This document shows, piece after piece, positions 24,729 to 38,772 of a stretch of 64,000 nt of DNA. A program made the translations under genes and the position numbers. The first letter of the stretch is position 1; every line of letters begins with the position of its first letter. The notes below the pieces were generated by a model. That model saw only the letters and a program-made list of their open reading frames with translations, had not been told where the DNA came from and searched no databases. This DNA is from Patellaria atrata CBS 101060 (taxonomy: Eukaryota). The stretch is taken from the NCBI GenBank assembly GCA_010093705.1, contig MU006097.1, positions 73,905 through 137,904 of the forward strand, read 5' to 3'.

Positions 24729-26687
24729 ATCCATTCCTAGATATCCTATATTATTTCTCGAGCATAGAATGAAAATGATATATAATTCTGACCTCTGTTA
24801 CTCTCTAAATTTCTTTGTAGATCTTTCATTTAGGAGTATAGCTAAGTCGAGCCCTTTCTAGTTATAGGCACATAGTAACGTAGGAGAGTCTTGATGTAGC
24901 AACGATGTCAGACCAAGCAGGGAGAATTATCCATATATTGCTCTCTATCTAGTACAGATATAATTCCTGTTAGACATCTGCATCCCAACGTCTCTTCACC
25001 CGAATTATACCGAATCTTTTCTGATGGTATAATTTGGCTAAAACACAATGGATTTCTCCAGCCACATCAATTCTTTCCCTAGTCATTCCCTCTGGTTCCC
25101 AATCATCCCCAAACAAACCAGCAAATTCCTAAGCAAAAGATAGTCCCACCAAGTGTCCTTCTCCTCTTCGGGGCTCTAGGTGCGAACAGTGATTTTTTCA
25201 TCTCCCACGTGATTTTTATGGGAACTTGGGCGTCGAAGGACCAATCTAATTCCTCCTGATCGTTGCGTTTTTCCGTCCTACTCGCTCATCTACCCCTCGG
25301 AAATGGTTAGGAGAGTCCGAGGGGTCGAGTCCAATCTCTTTTCTCCACATCATTCAACACTCATGAGAACTTAACCTCTTCCACGCTGTCTTCCCATAGT
25401 GATGTGCTATCCCACCCGTACCATACCCAGCAGGAGCGCGCAAAGTTGCAGGATAACGCCACGGTAAACCGTCCACAAAGTTCAGACATACCAACTTCAC
25501 TTCACCAGTCCCATCCGCGAATCCCGAGATGCAGCTCCCCGGGCGTTTTGAGATTGGGAAAACGAGGGAGACGTCGGAGACGACCTGGGAGCAAACTTTA
25601 CGGAGCGTCTAGCATCCCTGTTGAAGGTATCTCCAGACTTGCGGGCCGTGCTTGACTTTGCTGTGGCCTTCGAGCGAGCCTGTCTTCGCGTGGGAGGAGA
25701 TTTGATAGTGGTACTTTCTCTCGCTTTACCCCGTGCTTCCCGTGCTCGCTCGGCGGATGATGCGTAGTTTGAGGAGAGCATGGCGCCGAAGACTAGGAGG
25801 AGTAGACTCATCTTTTTTTTTTTTTTTTTGACAAGTTTGTGTGTTTTTATCGTTTCGGTGGAGAAATAGTAACTATTTCCTATTAGTCAACGGACTCGTG
25901 AGAAAAGAGACCGGTAGAAGACCTTTTATATTTACCTTACCCAACACCTAGCTAGTTTCAGCTTTTAAACAGGACAGCGTCCGATCCAATCGAATCGTCG
26001 TCTACGCATAACATAGCATTTACTAGATCCATCGATGATGATTACACCGGTTCTGGCCCCCAAATAGTTACAGGGGTGATGGAGGGGGGCGGATAGTCTA
26101 GGAACCTGAACTTTTACTTTACCATACGATTTCCCATATTTCTTTTTATGTAACATTTGACTACTAGGATATGTTGCTGATTAAACGTCCGCGGAATCTT
26201 GGATGCAGGTGGTGAGTGCTTGGTCGAGCAGTACAGAGGTTTCTTGATTAATAAGGAGCGCTCTTCGTGCATATAAGGGCAAGTACACGCGGTCTTGGGG
26301 GCCAAATCCTTTAGTTGTCGGCTTCTATCTTGACTATAAATAGGTAGGTTGAGATCGGGACTAGTACGGAGTATATTCCTCACTGGCAGTTTGACACATT
26401 ATAATAATTAGGGGGTAAATATCACATTCATGCTGTAAAACCCCGCGTTGAAAACCACGAACAGCAACGCCGTCAGCGATGAAGCAATTGCCTGAATGGA
26501 TGTCTGATACTCGTACACTAAGTGTAATATACAAATGAGGAAAATCAACGGTGGACATAAAATCAGAACGGCGTGCGTGGGAATCACAAACAGCATCCAC
26601 CCATATTCCAACATCAAGAACGCTAAAATCGCTATGCATAAAAGTCAAGAAAGTAGATCCCTCGCCCACCTTTGCCGTTTCCTCAAC

Positions 26688-29600
26688 TTATTTCCTCACG
26701 CTTCCAAACCCCCTCGAAAGCATATCGTTTACCTCTGGATCTAGCTCATTCCCTATTACGGGCCTCTGAGGTGATTCGTCATTCCTTGGCCTTTCCTCCA
26801 ACTCCACAGGCCTATTTGCTAGAATCTGCCTAACATCTAAACTCCTCTTCCTCTCTTCCGCCTGCATCTCTTCCTGCCTCCTGATCTCCGTACTTGTCTT
26901 CTTCTCTCCTCTATCCCACCCCTGCTGCAACTCCATCGCTGCCGCTTCTTCAAACCGTTTCTTCGCTTGAGTATCATGTTCAAGCTCTTGGAAGACATCT
27001 ACGTCCGTAGTGAAAAACGCGGCACGAAAGGCTGTGATGATGAGCTCGAAAGCGACGAGGCTCGCGAGGGTGAGGATGAGAACAAGCCACCACGTGATGT
27101 TGCGGCCGAAGCGGTGGATGATGCCGTCCTTGACATTGTAAATGACGTTGTTGGCGTAGGCGGTCGAGAGGAGGATGTTCCAGAGAAACCAGCCGCCGAC
27201 GGAGAGGACGAAAGAGATCGCGGCTACGATAGATTTGTTGTGCATCTCAAGAATCCTGTCACTTTGGGTTAGATCGGAAAGTTTATGGAGGGTAGGGTAG
27301 AATTACTGTAGCTTTGTGCTGACCATGATGATGACTGCACTGTAGGTGAGTACACCCAGTGCAAACACCGCCTGGTCGTTCGTAAAACTCATCTGGCCAT
27401 ATAAGCGAAGCATGCAGAAGAACACAATCATCGCCTCGGACGAAGCCATGAACATCCATGCGAGGTAAATCTTGAAGTTAAACCCGCCGTTGCGCTGGCC
27501 TTTCATATAGAGCTCCGGGACAGCCAAAAGAGTGCTGGCAGCTAGATCTTTTTCGAATATTCCCATAAAGATGACGGGAAGCGAGGTAAAGAGGGTATTG
27601 AACATACTCAGACTCCAAGATTCGTATAGTGAGGTACCAGTATACCCAGCCCACCGTTGATATAGTGCTTGAGTGAGGTAGAAGAGCTAGCCACGTTAGT
27701 AGTGTATGGGACTTAGGACTCGGGCTTTTCGTAGCTTACCATTTCTTTCCAGAATGTGCCGACCGTATACTTGCAAGTTCTGATATAATTCCATCGTCCA
27801 TGAACAAGAAGGAGCTTTAATAAGAACCTGAACTGCGCAATCGAATAGTCTGACGTCCTCGCTGCCTGTAGACCTTCCTTGCCCGTAATCCCAATGCCGA
27901 CATGTGCTTCCTGAATCATAGCAATATCATTAGCACCATCGCCAATTGCTAAGGTGATCGACTTTTTCACTTTCTTGCGGATGCTCTTGACAAGGCCAGC
28001 CTTTTGGCTGGGACTAGCTCTGCAGCAAATGACAGAGTCGGCTAGGATGGCTAGCTCAAAAAAGAGCGCCTGAAGAGAGCTGTCGCCTTCGATCATTGCA
28101 AGAGTCTGACCATCCACAACGACAACAGAATGGGCGACGCTGTTGTCATTGATTCCGAGTACGGCAGCAGCAATGTGTTGCTCTACCTCTCCTATCTCGT
28201 GATCAAGGACTGTGACGGTGGAGTAGTCCTTTATCAGCCTGCAAGAGTGACCAATATTGATTGCGGTCTCTCGCTTATCGCCAGTGAGCATCCACATCTT
28301 AATATTTGCTCTTCTCAACTTGTCAATCGTCTCGGGCACTCCTTTTTGCAACTTATCTTCAATGGCGGTTGCACCCGCAAGCTCAAGATCCCTTTCGAGG
28401 AGTTCGCCAGCATTCTCTATCAGCTCTGTTCGATTGACCAGACTAGTTGTTGCGTCGAGATAGATCTTTTTCCAGCTTTGGTAGTCTGCCTCGTCAATAA
28501 AGCGATATCCATAGAGCAACGTGCGTAGACCTTCGGTTGCGAAATCATTGATATGTTGGAAGCATCTTTCGATGACTAGCGGCTCATCCACTACAAGGGA
28601 CTCATCGACAAGTTCTTCTTCCTCGTACATTGAGCTACGGACTTCTGAATAAGCAAGAGATTGCCGTCCAAACTGAGCAGATGGCCTTGGCGAGTAATAG
28701 ATACTGTCATCCTCTACGGAGGAGACATCAACATCATTTTCCCGTTGTCTCAGCCACTCATCTAGTTCGTCTCGAATAGGTTCAAGTCGATGTGTATTGG
28801 TGCTGGACCGCCGCGTTGGTCCAAAACTAGCCCGGCCGAGCGCGAAACTATTCCTCTGGAGACTGTTCTTTCGATCCTGTTGCTCGCTCTTGCGTTGAAG
28901 AGCTACCTGAGCTTCGATGCTCTTTCTTTTATTGGCTCTTCGCTCAATTTCGACGACCTTTTCGTTTGCATATGCTGCCAGCTTCAGGCGTTGCATTACA
29001 ACCGAATCAGCTCCTTTACAGAACATGCATATACGCTGATCAGGAAATCGTACAATAACCGACATTCTCTTACGTTTGCTTGAGAATTCGATAACATCGA
29101 GAATCTCGTATGTTTCTTCTACTGGTTCAATTTCTTGGCCAGCAGGAAAAGATCTCAAAGTTAAAGTCTGAGTATCGCGATTCATGACCATATAACCCAA
29201 TTCTTGAGCTGCTCGTACTAGGGCTAATTCATCAGGTGAAGAAGCTTGAAAGTCGATTGATCCGTCCCCTTGGATTTCCGGTAAACATGTGTGGCAGAGT
29301 GCTATGGAGAGAAGGAGGAGTCTGGCCTTACGGGCAAACACAGTATAAGGTTTACGCTGAATATAACGTATCATTTGCACAGTCCGCATTTCGGGTTGTG
29401 ACTTGGCCGGTCGAGCAGACGATTTCCACTTAGAAATTTCCTGCTCGTCGCTCGAATCTCGACTAGCATCCCCGTTGGTCTTACTGACGCTTGATTTCCG
29501 TAAACCTTCAGAAAAGCCCGAGATGCGACTTTTTCGGGCCGACTTCTTTCCCTTACTACGCTTCTTGTGGAGTAGACGTTCCTTCTCCGGTTCCCCTTTC

Positions 29601-31992
29601 AAGTCGAGATCGTGTAACCATGCGGTTCCGGCAACACTCACTTTCCGGAACTTCATGGAATTGTCTGTGAGAGTGCCAGTCTTATCGGAGAAAATATAAC
29701 TGTCATGGATTAATTATTGAATTTAGCTTGTAGTAGGGGAATACATACCTTACTTGCCCAAGCTCTTCATTGATTGTCGACGTTCTAGCTTCCATAGGTG
29801 TATTGGACGCTTCATCGTACATATCGATGTCATTGAGCAAAACCATTTGAAATACCTTCACGATCTCTAAACTGACATAAAGAGATAGGGGTATCATGGT
29901 ATTAAACATGATAATGAATGATGCTAGGATCGGGAAAAAGGCGACCCTTGCATCCTCTAGATACCATGCTTTTGCCTCAACATTGGGTCTCCATATCTGA
30001 TAAGCGACAGTATTAAAAATTGCTAAAGCAATGACGAAGATAACGATAACGATGACGATTCTGTTCACTATGCTCTGAAGCGCTGGAGCCTTAATACGCG
30101 GGTTCTTGTTGGCATTCATACGTATTTTGCATTCTTCACCAGAGTATATGACCATGCCCACGGCTTCAGGGGTATTTCGGAGAACGCTCCCTCGGTAGAT
30201 GATTTCTGTGTTCGTGAGGGGTGAGGTCTCCCCATTGAGAGTGAGTTTGCCTTCGAAGTTGTATAAGTTTATATTGGGATCTTCAACGACGAAATGTGCA
30301 CCGCACTTTGCTGTTGATTCCCAGCTGGTGCAAACCTTGGACATAGATGTTGTTGTTTGTTTGGTTTTCAGATTTGTCTCTCCATCTAGAGCCATGGTCT
30401 CTACATATGCGGCGCCGTTGAGGCCGGTTGATCGAAGTAATACTAGATCTGCTGGAGCTGCTTCGTTGCGTCTAAGCCTAATAACGTCTCCCACCTTGAC
30501 CTCCTTCCATTTGACTGTAACCCAATCAATAGTTTCTGACGATAACGCAGAAGAAGATGCGGATGGTCCTTTTAGTTCACTTGTGGAAGATCGTCCATAT
30601 CGGTGTGTACGCATAACTGTCGCATCGCGATTATTCTCTTCTTTGTCTAGTCTATACCTCCGTAGATCATCATAACCCTCTTTCGCTATAGACAAGCTCA
30701 CAAAGAATAACAACGGAACAATGGTGGTATAAGCTGACATCTATGTTAGTCGATCAAATTAAGGGGAGTCCGAGATACGTACTTCCTGTGGTACTTAGAC
30801 CTAATCTTATTAGCAGCCTATCCAAAAGTTAAAGTACATAGCAGCTTACCGGGTATCATTTGTAAGATAGAAACACATAAAAAATAACTACTTTATGTCA
30901 GCGGAGCCCTAATTATAGAGATTCTACCTAACGACCTTACAAATTTGCTAGTTTCGAGAATTGAGCAAACAATTGACGAGGTAAAAAGTTCCATGCACTA
31001 TATCGGCTAGAGCGAATAGTGTTCCCAATGTAAGGCTTCGAAGTTCGCTCATCTATAAGAGGATGCTCATGAGAGGTATTTAAATCGATGTGCCTACCAT
31101 CTTTGGTAGGGGAAATATCATTTATCCGTAGGATTGTCTTTCGTGCGCGTCGATAAAATGCCCTCACTCGAGAGATGAGTACAGACTTCCGCGCCTTACT
31201 CTCTACCCAGCTGTGATAATGTGGTAAAGCGGATATACCCTGAACGCCTGTCCCCTTCTCTTGCTGCAGTTTGAAAGGTGCATCAGAGTCTGGGACCACG
31301 GGAGACACTGTGACTGTTGTGTCGACGGACTTTTTAGACGTAGGCCGTTTGATAGGGGATATTGTTTGATTATGTGTAGTAGAGGGGCCGCTCTCCTGGA
31401 GCTCAATTGACCCAGGACTTTGTGGGGCCTCTTTGATATTACGTTGAAATATAGACGTCCGTAGAGAATAACCTCTATTACGTGCTTGAGGAGATATTGG
31501 AGACCTATATTGCCTGTTCCGAGGTGATGTCGGGGATCTTATAGTTGAAGAAGATGACACCGAGCCATATTGCGGTAACCCGGAACCAGGTGTTGGCTCC
31601 GACCTCCCAGTGTCTATGGTTAAGTTGGGTGTTGTGGGATGCTGCCTTGAAGATAGGGAGCCAGCATTCGTTTGTGTATGTTCGCCAGGTCCATCAACTT
31701 GCGATCGAACCCCATAGTCTCTTTCAAAATCTGTAGAAAATCGGACGCGCGAGACACCCGTGGCCGAGATCGGTGATGCGACATCACTCTCTCTTGCAGA
31801 CGCAAAAGGAATAGCTATTTCAGATGAATCGTCCGCAGTCGATGTGGTATTTCCCGAAGAAGGTAATGTATAAGATTCTAACTCTACATCGGCATCGGTG
31901 GGAAATGCAACGCCTTCATTTTCGCGGGGGTGGGACAGCCTTCTTCGAATTCCTGAAGCGTCATTCTCAGATCGATCGTCGCCTATGGCCAT
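26688..31992 (-). CDS. DNF3: P4-type ATPase phospholipid flippase, Dnf3-like
   Basis: YVETMALDGETNLK, IPLSLYVSLE, FSDKTGTLT, ASSPDELAL, MLTGDKRETA, GDGAND. Multi-exon, including 37-nt and 18-nt micro-exons. Confidence 0.93.
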
Positions 31993-33103
31993 GTTCGAGA
32001 TACGTTAGGGCACCGGAATGCTCTAAGAATACATTATTAGCTTAAGTATCGCTGCTGGTGCGCTGCTTGCGATCGCTATACCTGCGAACAGGTTCGACTG
32101 AGCGAGTGGCGGTTGGTATGACCTTACCTGTAGATTCGGCCGAAATCATGGGTGAAAGGAGATGCGCACACGATCGCTTCTACGAGGAGAGTTCAATATC
32201 CTGTGAGAGGTATCATTCAATAGTCGACGCGATAGTATAGTGGATGGCATCTCAAGGAGGGGTGGTTTGCTTGTTCATCTGTTCTAAGTGCAGCGTAAAA
32301 CTATACCAAGCCGTTAGGTGTCTCTTCCTCGCAACGCGACCTCGGGCTATTTTGGGTAACCTGATGTAACACCTCAGGGGGGCAGTGCGATCCATTCAAA
32401 CTATGCTATAAGATACTGTACTACTGCGAAGTATCCGGTTTTATGGCTAGTTACATGTTCTCCTTGTCTCATTCTGCGAGCAAATCAATTTCATTTGCTC
32501 CATCTATTCCAGCTCACGACGACATAAAGGGCCAGTATGCACTTAACGGCACAAAAACACCGTTATTTTAGGAATGTACAATTGTATGGAAGAAGTTCAT
32601 ATATAAGTAATAACGACATGATGACATGCCAATTCATCGAAGATAAAAACTCTCAGTAGATAGCTAATCCAACTCTACTCCCAAGCCTAGTACAAGAGTC
32701 CAAATCATACAAACGCCTGAAAGCATACGTCCGTAAGTAGAAGAAGGAACCTGTGCATTGAAAGCATTCGATTGCAGCAAATTGTTCAGAACGCAAATTG
32801 AATATGCCGCCCAAACCGCTTGAAGACCACTTCCGTAGGATGGACAATCACAAATGCAAACGCTAGAGGCCGAACCTGCCATGAGAAGAAAGGAATAGTG
32901 GCCAACGACCCAGCTTTGTAAAACTGTCTAGAAAAGCACCCAACCCCTTAAGACGTATTGCAGTGAGGAGCATTGGATAGAAATTAAAGGAAGATGCAGT
33001 CGTGGATGGTATCATGAATAATTCGTAGAGGAAAAGTAAAAATGCGCCGTGGAAAATGCCGCTGGAAGATGTCAAAGTTTGCAAGTTGAAAATAAAATGT
33101 CCA

Positions 33104-34942
33104 TCATTGCTGAGCGGCAACACACCAGTGCCGATGGAAAACCCAGGCACTCTTCTGGCATTCCTTGCTGCAATACTTTGTCCTGCGACAACGGCGGCAT
33201 TTGGCAAATTGGCGAGGATATTGCTCCCATCGTCCACACTGGTAATAGGCGCATTGTCTAATCCCACCGCGGGAGTCATCCTTCCTACAGAGGTTTCGCA
33301 TAACCACACCTGCCCAATACTGCATGTCTTGCGAATGGTGCCGCACGGTGAATTTCTCAACAAGAGGAAATATGTTGAAGTTGTCTGGTAGGAGGTATTC
33401 CTCATCATTCTCGACGTCACAGTTTTCCGGAGAAGTCAATATTTCACCGTCTAACATCGCCAATTCCTTCCCAATCTTAAGTCTTGGTACCAGGTGCGAT
33501 TTTTGAAAATAGGAACGTAGGTTGCAATACTTCGATACATACGCGAGAAGTTGCAGGGACATTAGAACGTCTTCATCTCTTGGCATAGCGGCCAAAACTC
33601 CAGCGGTTGCTACGCGATCGTGGGCATAACGCGGGTACCATTGCGGTTGTACGGCTGGGGGTGATATGTTTATTACGTTAACGTTCGGTTGAACGGGCGA
33701 GAAGCCTATTGTACCAGCAGCTTGAGTTGCGGCTGCGTTAATCAAACTACCATCGACGGGTGGACGATGTGTGATGAAAGTCTCAGTATCCGCAACATCG
33801 ATTTCGGGCGCTTGCGGATTGATACCGACAGGAGTGGCACCTGTTTCGAGGATATCTTCAGTGTCAACCATGTCCTGCATGCTGATATCATTTTCTATAC
33901 CGATTATGGGTTCGGTCGCGGACCCTGCTGGGCCAGACGCATCGGGAACTATCTCTTCCGCTGGATTATCATCCGAATCACCGGACATTGAGAGCTGATG
34001 CCGAATGGATGGTCTCCTTCTCGGTCGAGTTGTTGTAGTTGCCGCCCTTGGAGTGGTAGATAAAGCTTGCGGTGCGCTTGGTGTTGTAGGTGATTCGGGT
34101 CGTGAAGTTATCTCTCCCTGTACTCCTGGCACCATAGATGGGAGCCGATCAACATCCCGAACCGGACGAATACCGAAATTATCTCTACCATCTAGCACTG
34201 GAACTGCTGTGCCTAGAGGTTGGGGTATTTGTTGATGAATAGGTCCTGGTGTAAACAAAGGCGCCCGATTCTCATGGCTCCGGTGATGATCGTGGTGAAG
34301 ATGCCGGGAGAAAGTAGTGCGCTCTGGTGGTGAGCTCATAGCAAATGCTGGTGGAGGAGCATCTCCAACAACATCACCGCCATGTGTGTCCGTTTGGGTC
34401 TGGTTGAATGGTTGGGGGATCTCAATTGGAGGTGGGATTTGACGCCGGATCCTCTCTGTCCTGTGAAGATGTTCGGTCGTCCTTGAGAAAGATCGACCAG
34501 ACGGAGCAAGGCGAGCAGTAGAGTTACGCTTATATTCAGCTTCTGCTTTCTCCCGGCACCGATCAATAACCTTGATATAGTTATCCAGTATCGTTGCGAT
34601 GACTGGTACCATATCGGCTTCTACCACTCGAGTCCGCACGTTTTCCGAACCCCGTACCCCTATGTTAACGACACACTGAAATGCAAGGTTCCATTTCCAC
34701 ATATCCATCATGTCCTTACTCCTCCCCTCCTTGAGTATCACAACCAGCTTTTCAACACCTCCATCGACGGTGAGAATATCGCGGATACGCGCCGAAGAAG
34801 TGGTAAGGTAGGCAAGATGGTTTAGAGAGTTGATAAGTGGTAGCGTTGATGTACAATCGAGAGCCCGTCGATCATAAAGGGCTGTGGTGATCCCGACGGA
34901 CGCTTTGTTAGCACTTGGAATACTGAAGTTCTGTTCCCTCAT
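33104..34942 (-). CDS. MUB1: MYND-type zinc finger protein Mub1/SamB
   Basis: MREQNFSIP...TALYDRRALDCTS..PLINSLNHLAYLT; C-terminal CRKDDSRGGIRQCA..C...CRRCRRTKYCSKECQ..W..H MYND finger; intronless. Confidence 0.93.
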   Translation of the reverse strand: MREQNFSIPSANKASVGITTALYDRRALDCTSTLPLINSLNHLAYLTTSSARIRDILTVDGGVEKLVVILKEGRSKDMMDMWKWNLAFQCVVNIGVRGSENVRTRVVEADMVPVIATILDNYIKVIDRCREKAEAEYKRNSTARLAPSGRSFSRTTEHLHRTERIRRQIPPPIEIPQPFNQTQTDTHGGDVVGDAPPPAFAMSSPPERTTFSRHLHHDHHRSHENRAPLFTPGPIHQQIPQPLGTAVPVLDGRDNFGIRPVRDVDRLPSMVPGVQGEITSRPESPTTPSAPQALSTTPRAATTTTRPRRRPSIRHQLSMSGDSDDNPAEEIVPDASGPAGSATEPIIGIENDISMQDMVDTEDILETGATPVGINPQAPEIDVADTETFITHRPPVDGSLINAAATQAAGTIGFSPVQPNVNVINISPPAVQPQWYPRYAHDRVATAGVLAAMPRDEDVLMSLQLLAYVSKYCNLRSYFQKSHLVPRLKIGKELAMLDGEILTSPENCDVENDEEYLLPDNFNIFPLVEKFTVRHHSQDMQYWAGVVMRNLCRKDDSRGGIRQCAYYQCGRWEQYPRQFAKCRRCRRTKYCSKECQKSAWVFHRHWCVAAQQ

Positions 34943-36714
34943 GTTTGCGAGCGGTGTATGTACAAGCAGAAGACAACCTTGATGGTAAGGTGTTAGAGGT
35001 GTTGAAGCGAGGTCGGCAGCGAAGTTGCAAGATCCAGTGCACAATGCCAAGGGGGTAGAAACTGGGATGAATCACGCAACAAGGACAATGCGAGCACGCC
35101 TATTAACAGAAAACCGGGTCCCGACCGGTTTGCGCGCACTTGTGATATTGACTCGAGATTGGTGATACCGAAGGGGTACGTTTCGGTCGAGAAGATGGTG
35201 TGGGGGACTGCTAAGGGGTGAGAAGTACAAGGCACGTGGCGAGGGCTCCTAAATGCAGACCGAAGGAGACATGGGACAACCGCCTGAAGATCGGTTATCG
35301 TTTGATGGAATTTGTCGGAGGGAGATGGAGAGTTTGTGTTTGCTCGATGCACTCGGGAAACTGCCGCCCTTGAAAGAAGACTGCACGCTGTACACCGGCT
35401 CAGGCGAATCAATCGTCCAAGCGCCGAGAAGATGGGTTGGTGGAAGTAGAAGAGCGAATACAATGTCAGAAGGAAGCAGTATGCTGGGAATGTCTACTGT
35501 CGGATAGATAAAGAGGAGACGAGGATGGGATGGAGTGGTGGAAGGGAATACTGTGACGAGATGTAGAGGTGTGGTTTGAGGTGGTGGTAATCGAGTTGAT
35601 TGAGAAGACTGCAAGGACGTGGATCAGAAAGAGGAGGCGGGCGGAAATGAAGGGCTGAGGGTTTTTGAGAGGGAAGAGGGGGAAGGGGGGGTGGTCACTT
35701 TGGGGGGTTACAGGAGCGTTAGGAGGTAACTTACCGCCCAACAACGGGGGCTTCTAGCCTGAACTTTCACTTTTCCTTGGGGCGCTTGGCCGCGACAATA
35801 CACATAATCCGTTCGAACCTCGAGTCTCAAAAGTAAATAACCCGAATACGTGTGGCAATACAGTACAGAGAATTAGAGGTCCCTTTCTGAAACATATAGC
35901 TATAGCTTTTTTACGTCCTACATACTGATACTTGTACTTTTATTACTGATGAAGATCCAGCGTCAGCAGCAGTAATCACAGATCTAAAGATCTAAAGAAA
36001 GTTAAGAGTCAGATACAGTAGATCTACTTTCATCTCACCATGCTTCCGCCTTTCGGCCGTCTTCTGATGAAATCAAGCTGAATCGAGAGTCGAATTGCCT
36101 CAACTCTGGATTTCGCCTCTTATAATATAAACCACGTGTGGATCCTTCCGTCTCACTCTTACATCGACTGTATGACCTTGGAGTACGTAGTTTTATCATT
36201 CGTCAAAAGTTCTGTGCCTCCACCACCACTTTAAAAGCTCTTCTACTAGACGACAATACTTTCTTCCCATATACGAAGTACCCTGCTGGATCTGATGTCT
36301 GATACCAGGATGGCCAGTATGGTATCTCTCGAGTCAATCACAGATAGTAGGTGCGCACCAGGCCAGAATATGTTACCAAATATCAGGGGCTAAATGGAAT
36401 GAAGTTGTACTGTACATGTATTTTGAGTTTTGTACGAGATATAGTATGTTACATCATTCTAAACTCGGGTATGTCCGTAAGGGGTTTTTTAGCCTCCGCT
36501 TTCAACGCCATAGCGCATTTCTATGGACATCCAATACAGACAAAGCTTGGGAAACAATTTTGCAACCACTAAAATATTCACTAACAATAACATATCTATG
36601 TAGAAGCTATCGCATATCTACTTCCATCTTTGAATAGATAAGGCGATAACTTTTAGGAAATATGCTAATTGATTGAATGCAACTTCTGCGTATTCATATT
36701 CCCCTTCTCTCACC

Positions 36715-38772
36715 ATGTCTGAGCCCCCAGCTCGACCACTTGAGCCTCAGCACCCAGAGGAAAATGAGGGCATTGGAGATCTGAGAGCTGTATTTCCTAC
36801 TCACCTAGAAATAGACACCACGAACCTACATCCTCCACGTCATCGAAGAGCGAGCGCCACTCCCACATCCCCCGCATCCGTCCATACTGGTCGCTTCTCC
36901 ATTGAGACGGTACCCAAGCGTCCTGGCCGTTCAAATACAATACGACAATATCACTCACCTACAAGACCGAATTGGGAGGCACCTGGAGCGGAACCCGGTG
37001 TGAATACTGAGACCGAACCAGCAGAGAATTACAAAGAATTACAAACATCATGCCAGATATCCGTCGTAGACTTCTCTGACGACAAATTTGAGAAATATGA
37101 TATGGACAATGCTGGGCTAGAGGAAATCTTATCGAAAGAGAGACCAGATTGGGTCAGTTGTAGGTGGATTAACGTCAATGGACTAAGTTGGGATGTAATC
37201 AAATCCCTGGGAATGAAACATGGCCTCCATCGTTTAGCTATTGAAGATCTCATGAATACCAAAAGTAGGACAAAAGCGGACTGGTATTCGGATCATGCAT
37301 TTAGTAAGCGTTTTATTATCTTTATACTGCAGAACTTACGCTGGGTCCGATTCAGATATAAAACTTTAGTGTAGATCGATCTTTGTGAAACACTATTCCC
37401 CCTTATTGAATCCCAATAGAATGGTTGCTGTTTGAATTGTTGACGATTTACTAATCATTCCCCAGTTCTTATGACTCTTCAGAAGCTCATCCACATCCGC
37501 AACCCGGAAGAAAGTGACAGTAGTGACTGTTCGGACAATGAAGATTATGCAAAATTTGAAAAGCGGACTACGTTTCCGGTCCCTCAGAAATCAAAGCGTT
37601 CTCTCTTGAAAGAATTCTGGCGTTCAATTCGCTCTACGTCCAAGAGACCTAGGCGGACGGACAGCAACCCACTTGATAATCCAGGTGAATTTGCCCTTCA
37701 AGCAGATGGCTCATACTATGACAAGACAATTTATCCCGGATTCAATACCCCAGGCACCATCAGAACTCTCCAAAATTATAGGGGAGGGAACATCGAGAGA
37801 CAGGAGTATATGCAAAGACAATCCCTGCTTACGAAGCGTGGTCTCGTCGTCAGTGTGGAACAAGTCTCCATCTTTCTCACCAACGAAAAAGAAAACACTG
37901 TCATCGCCTTCTTCGAGCACTCCGCCGACGATATCGAAGAACTAATCATTCCGCGTCTCCAATCGCAAGATACCCTCCTCCGTCAAAGCTGTGATGCCAG
38001 CATGGTCGTGCAAGCCATCATTGACGCCATCGTAGACCTCGCCATTCCCGTTGCCGCCGCCTACGAAGACCAGATCGGTGAGCTCGAACTCGACGTCCTC
38101 ACTGACCCTTCCATCGGCCACTCCCGCTCCCTCTACATCCTCGCCTCTGAGCTCTCCCTGCTCAAAAACAACATCCAACCCATCATCGGGCTCGTAAAAG
38201 CGCTACGCGACCACAAAAGCGACCCCTTAAGCACACCTATGCCTAGCGTTCTCAACATTCCTAACCGGCCCCACCGCCTACCGCCGAGTAGTATTACCAT
38301 ATCCCCCCTCGCGCACACTTATTTCGGCGATGTGGAAGATCACGTAATTCTAATAACGCACTCCCTGGAAAACATGCGGCAAACCGCCGAAAACATGCTC
38401 GACCTCATCTTCAACATGACCGGCACCGACCAGAACGAGTCCATGAAACAACTCACTGCAGTTACCATCTTCTTCCTCCCCCTCACCTTCATCACCGGCT
38501 ACTTCGGCCAGAACTTCGCCCGCTTCACCGGCGCCCACAATAACAGCGATGCCTTCTTTTGGTATATCGCTTCTCCGGTCATGATTACTGTGACCCTGGC
38601 CCTCATGCGGAATATGATCGGACGATGGTTCAAGAGGCGCTTTCAGAGGTGGCAGATCTCTAGTAGTAGGAAGAAGAGGACGAGGCATGAGGGCATCATT
38701 AGGAGGGAGAAGCAGAGGAGTCGGACCAGTGCGTCGACTCGTGGAGGGGTGCGTGGGGCGGCTGCAGTGTGA
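36715..38772 (+). CDS. CorA-family Mg2+/Co2+ transporter
   Basis: [52 protein letters not shown] (GQN variant of the GMN motif); intron ~37304-37465. Confidence 0.9.

Noticed and set aside
34943..35050. N-terminal extension of Mub1 in the ORF track
   Set aside because: It begins at TTG, while the conserved protein starts at MREQNF (ATG 34942). No evidence for non-AUG initiation.
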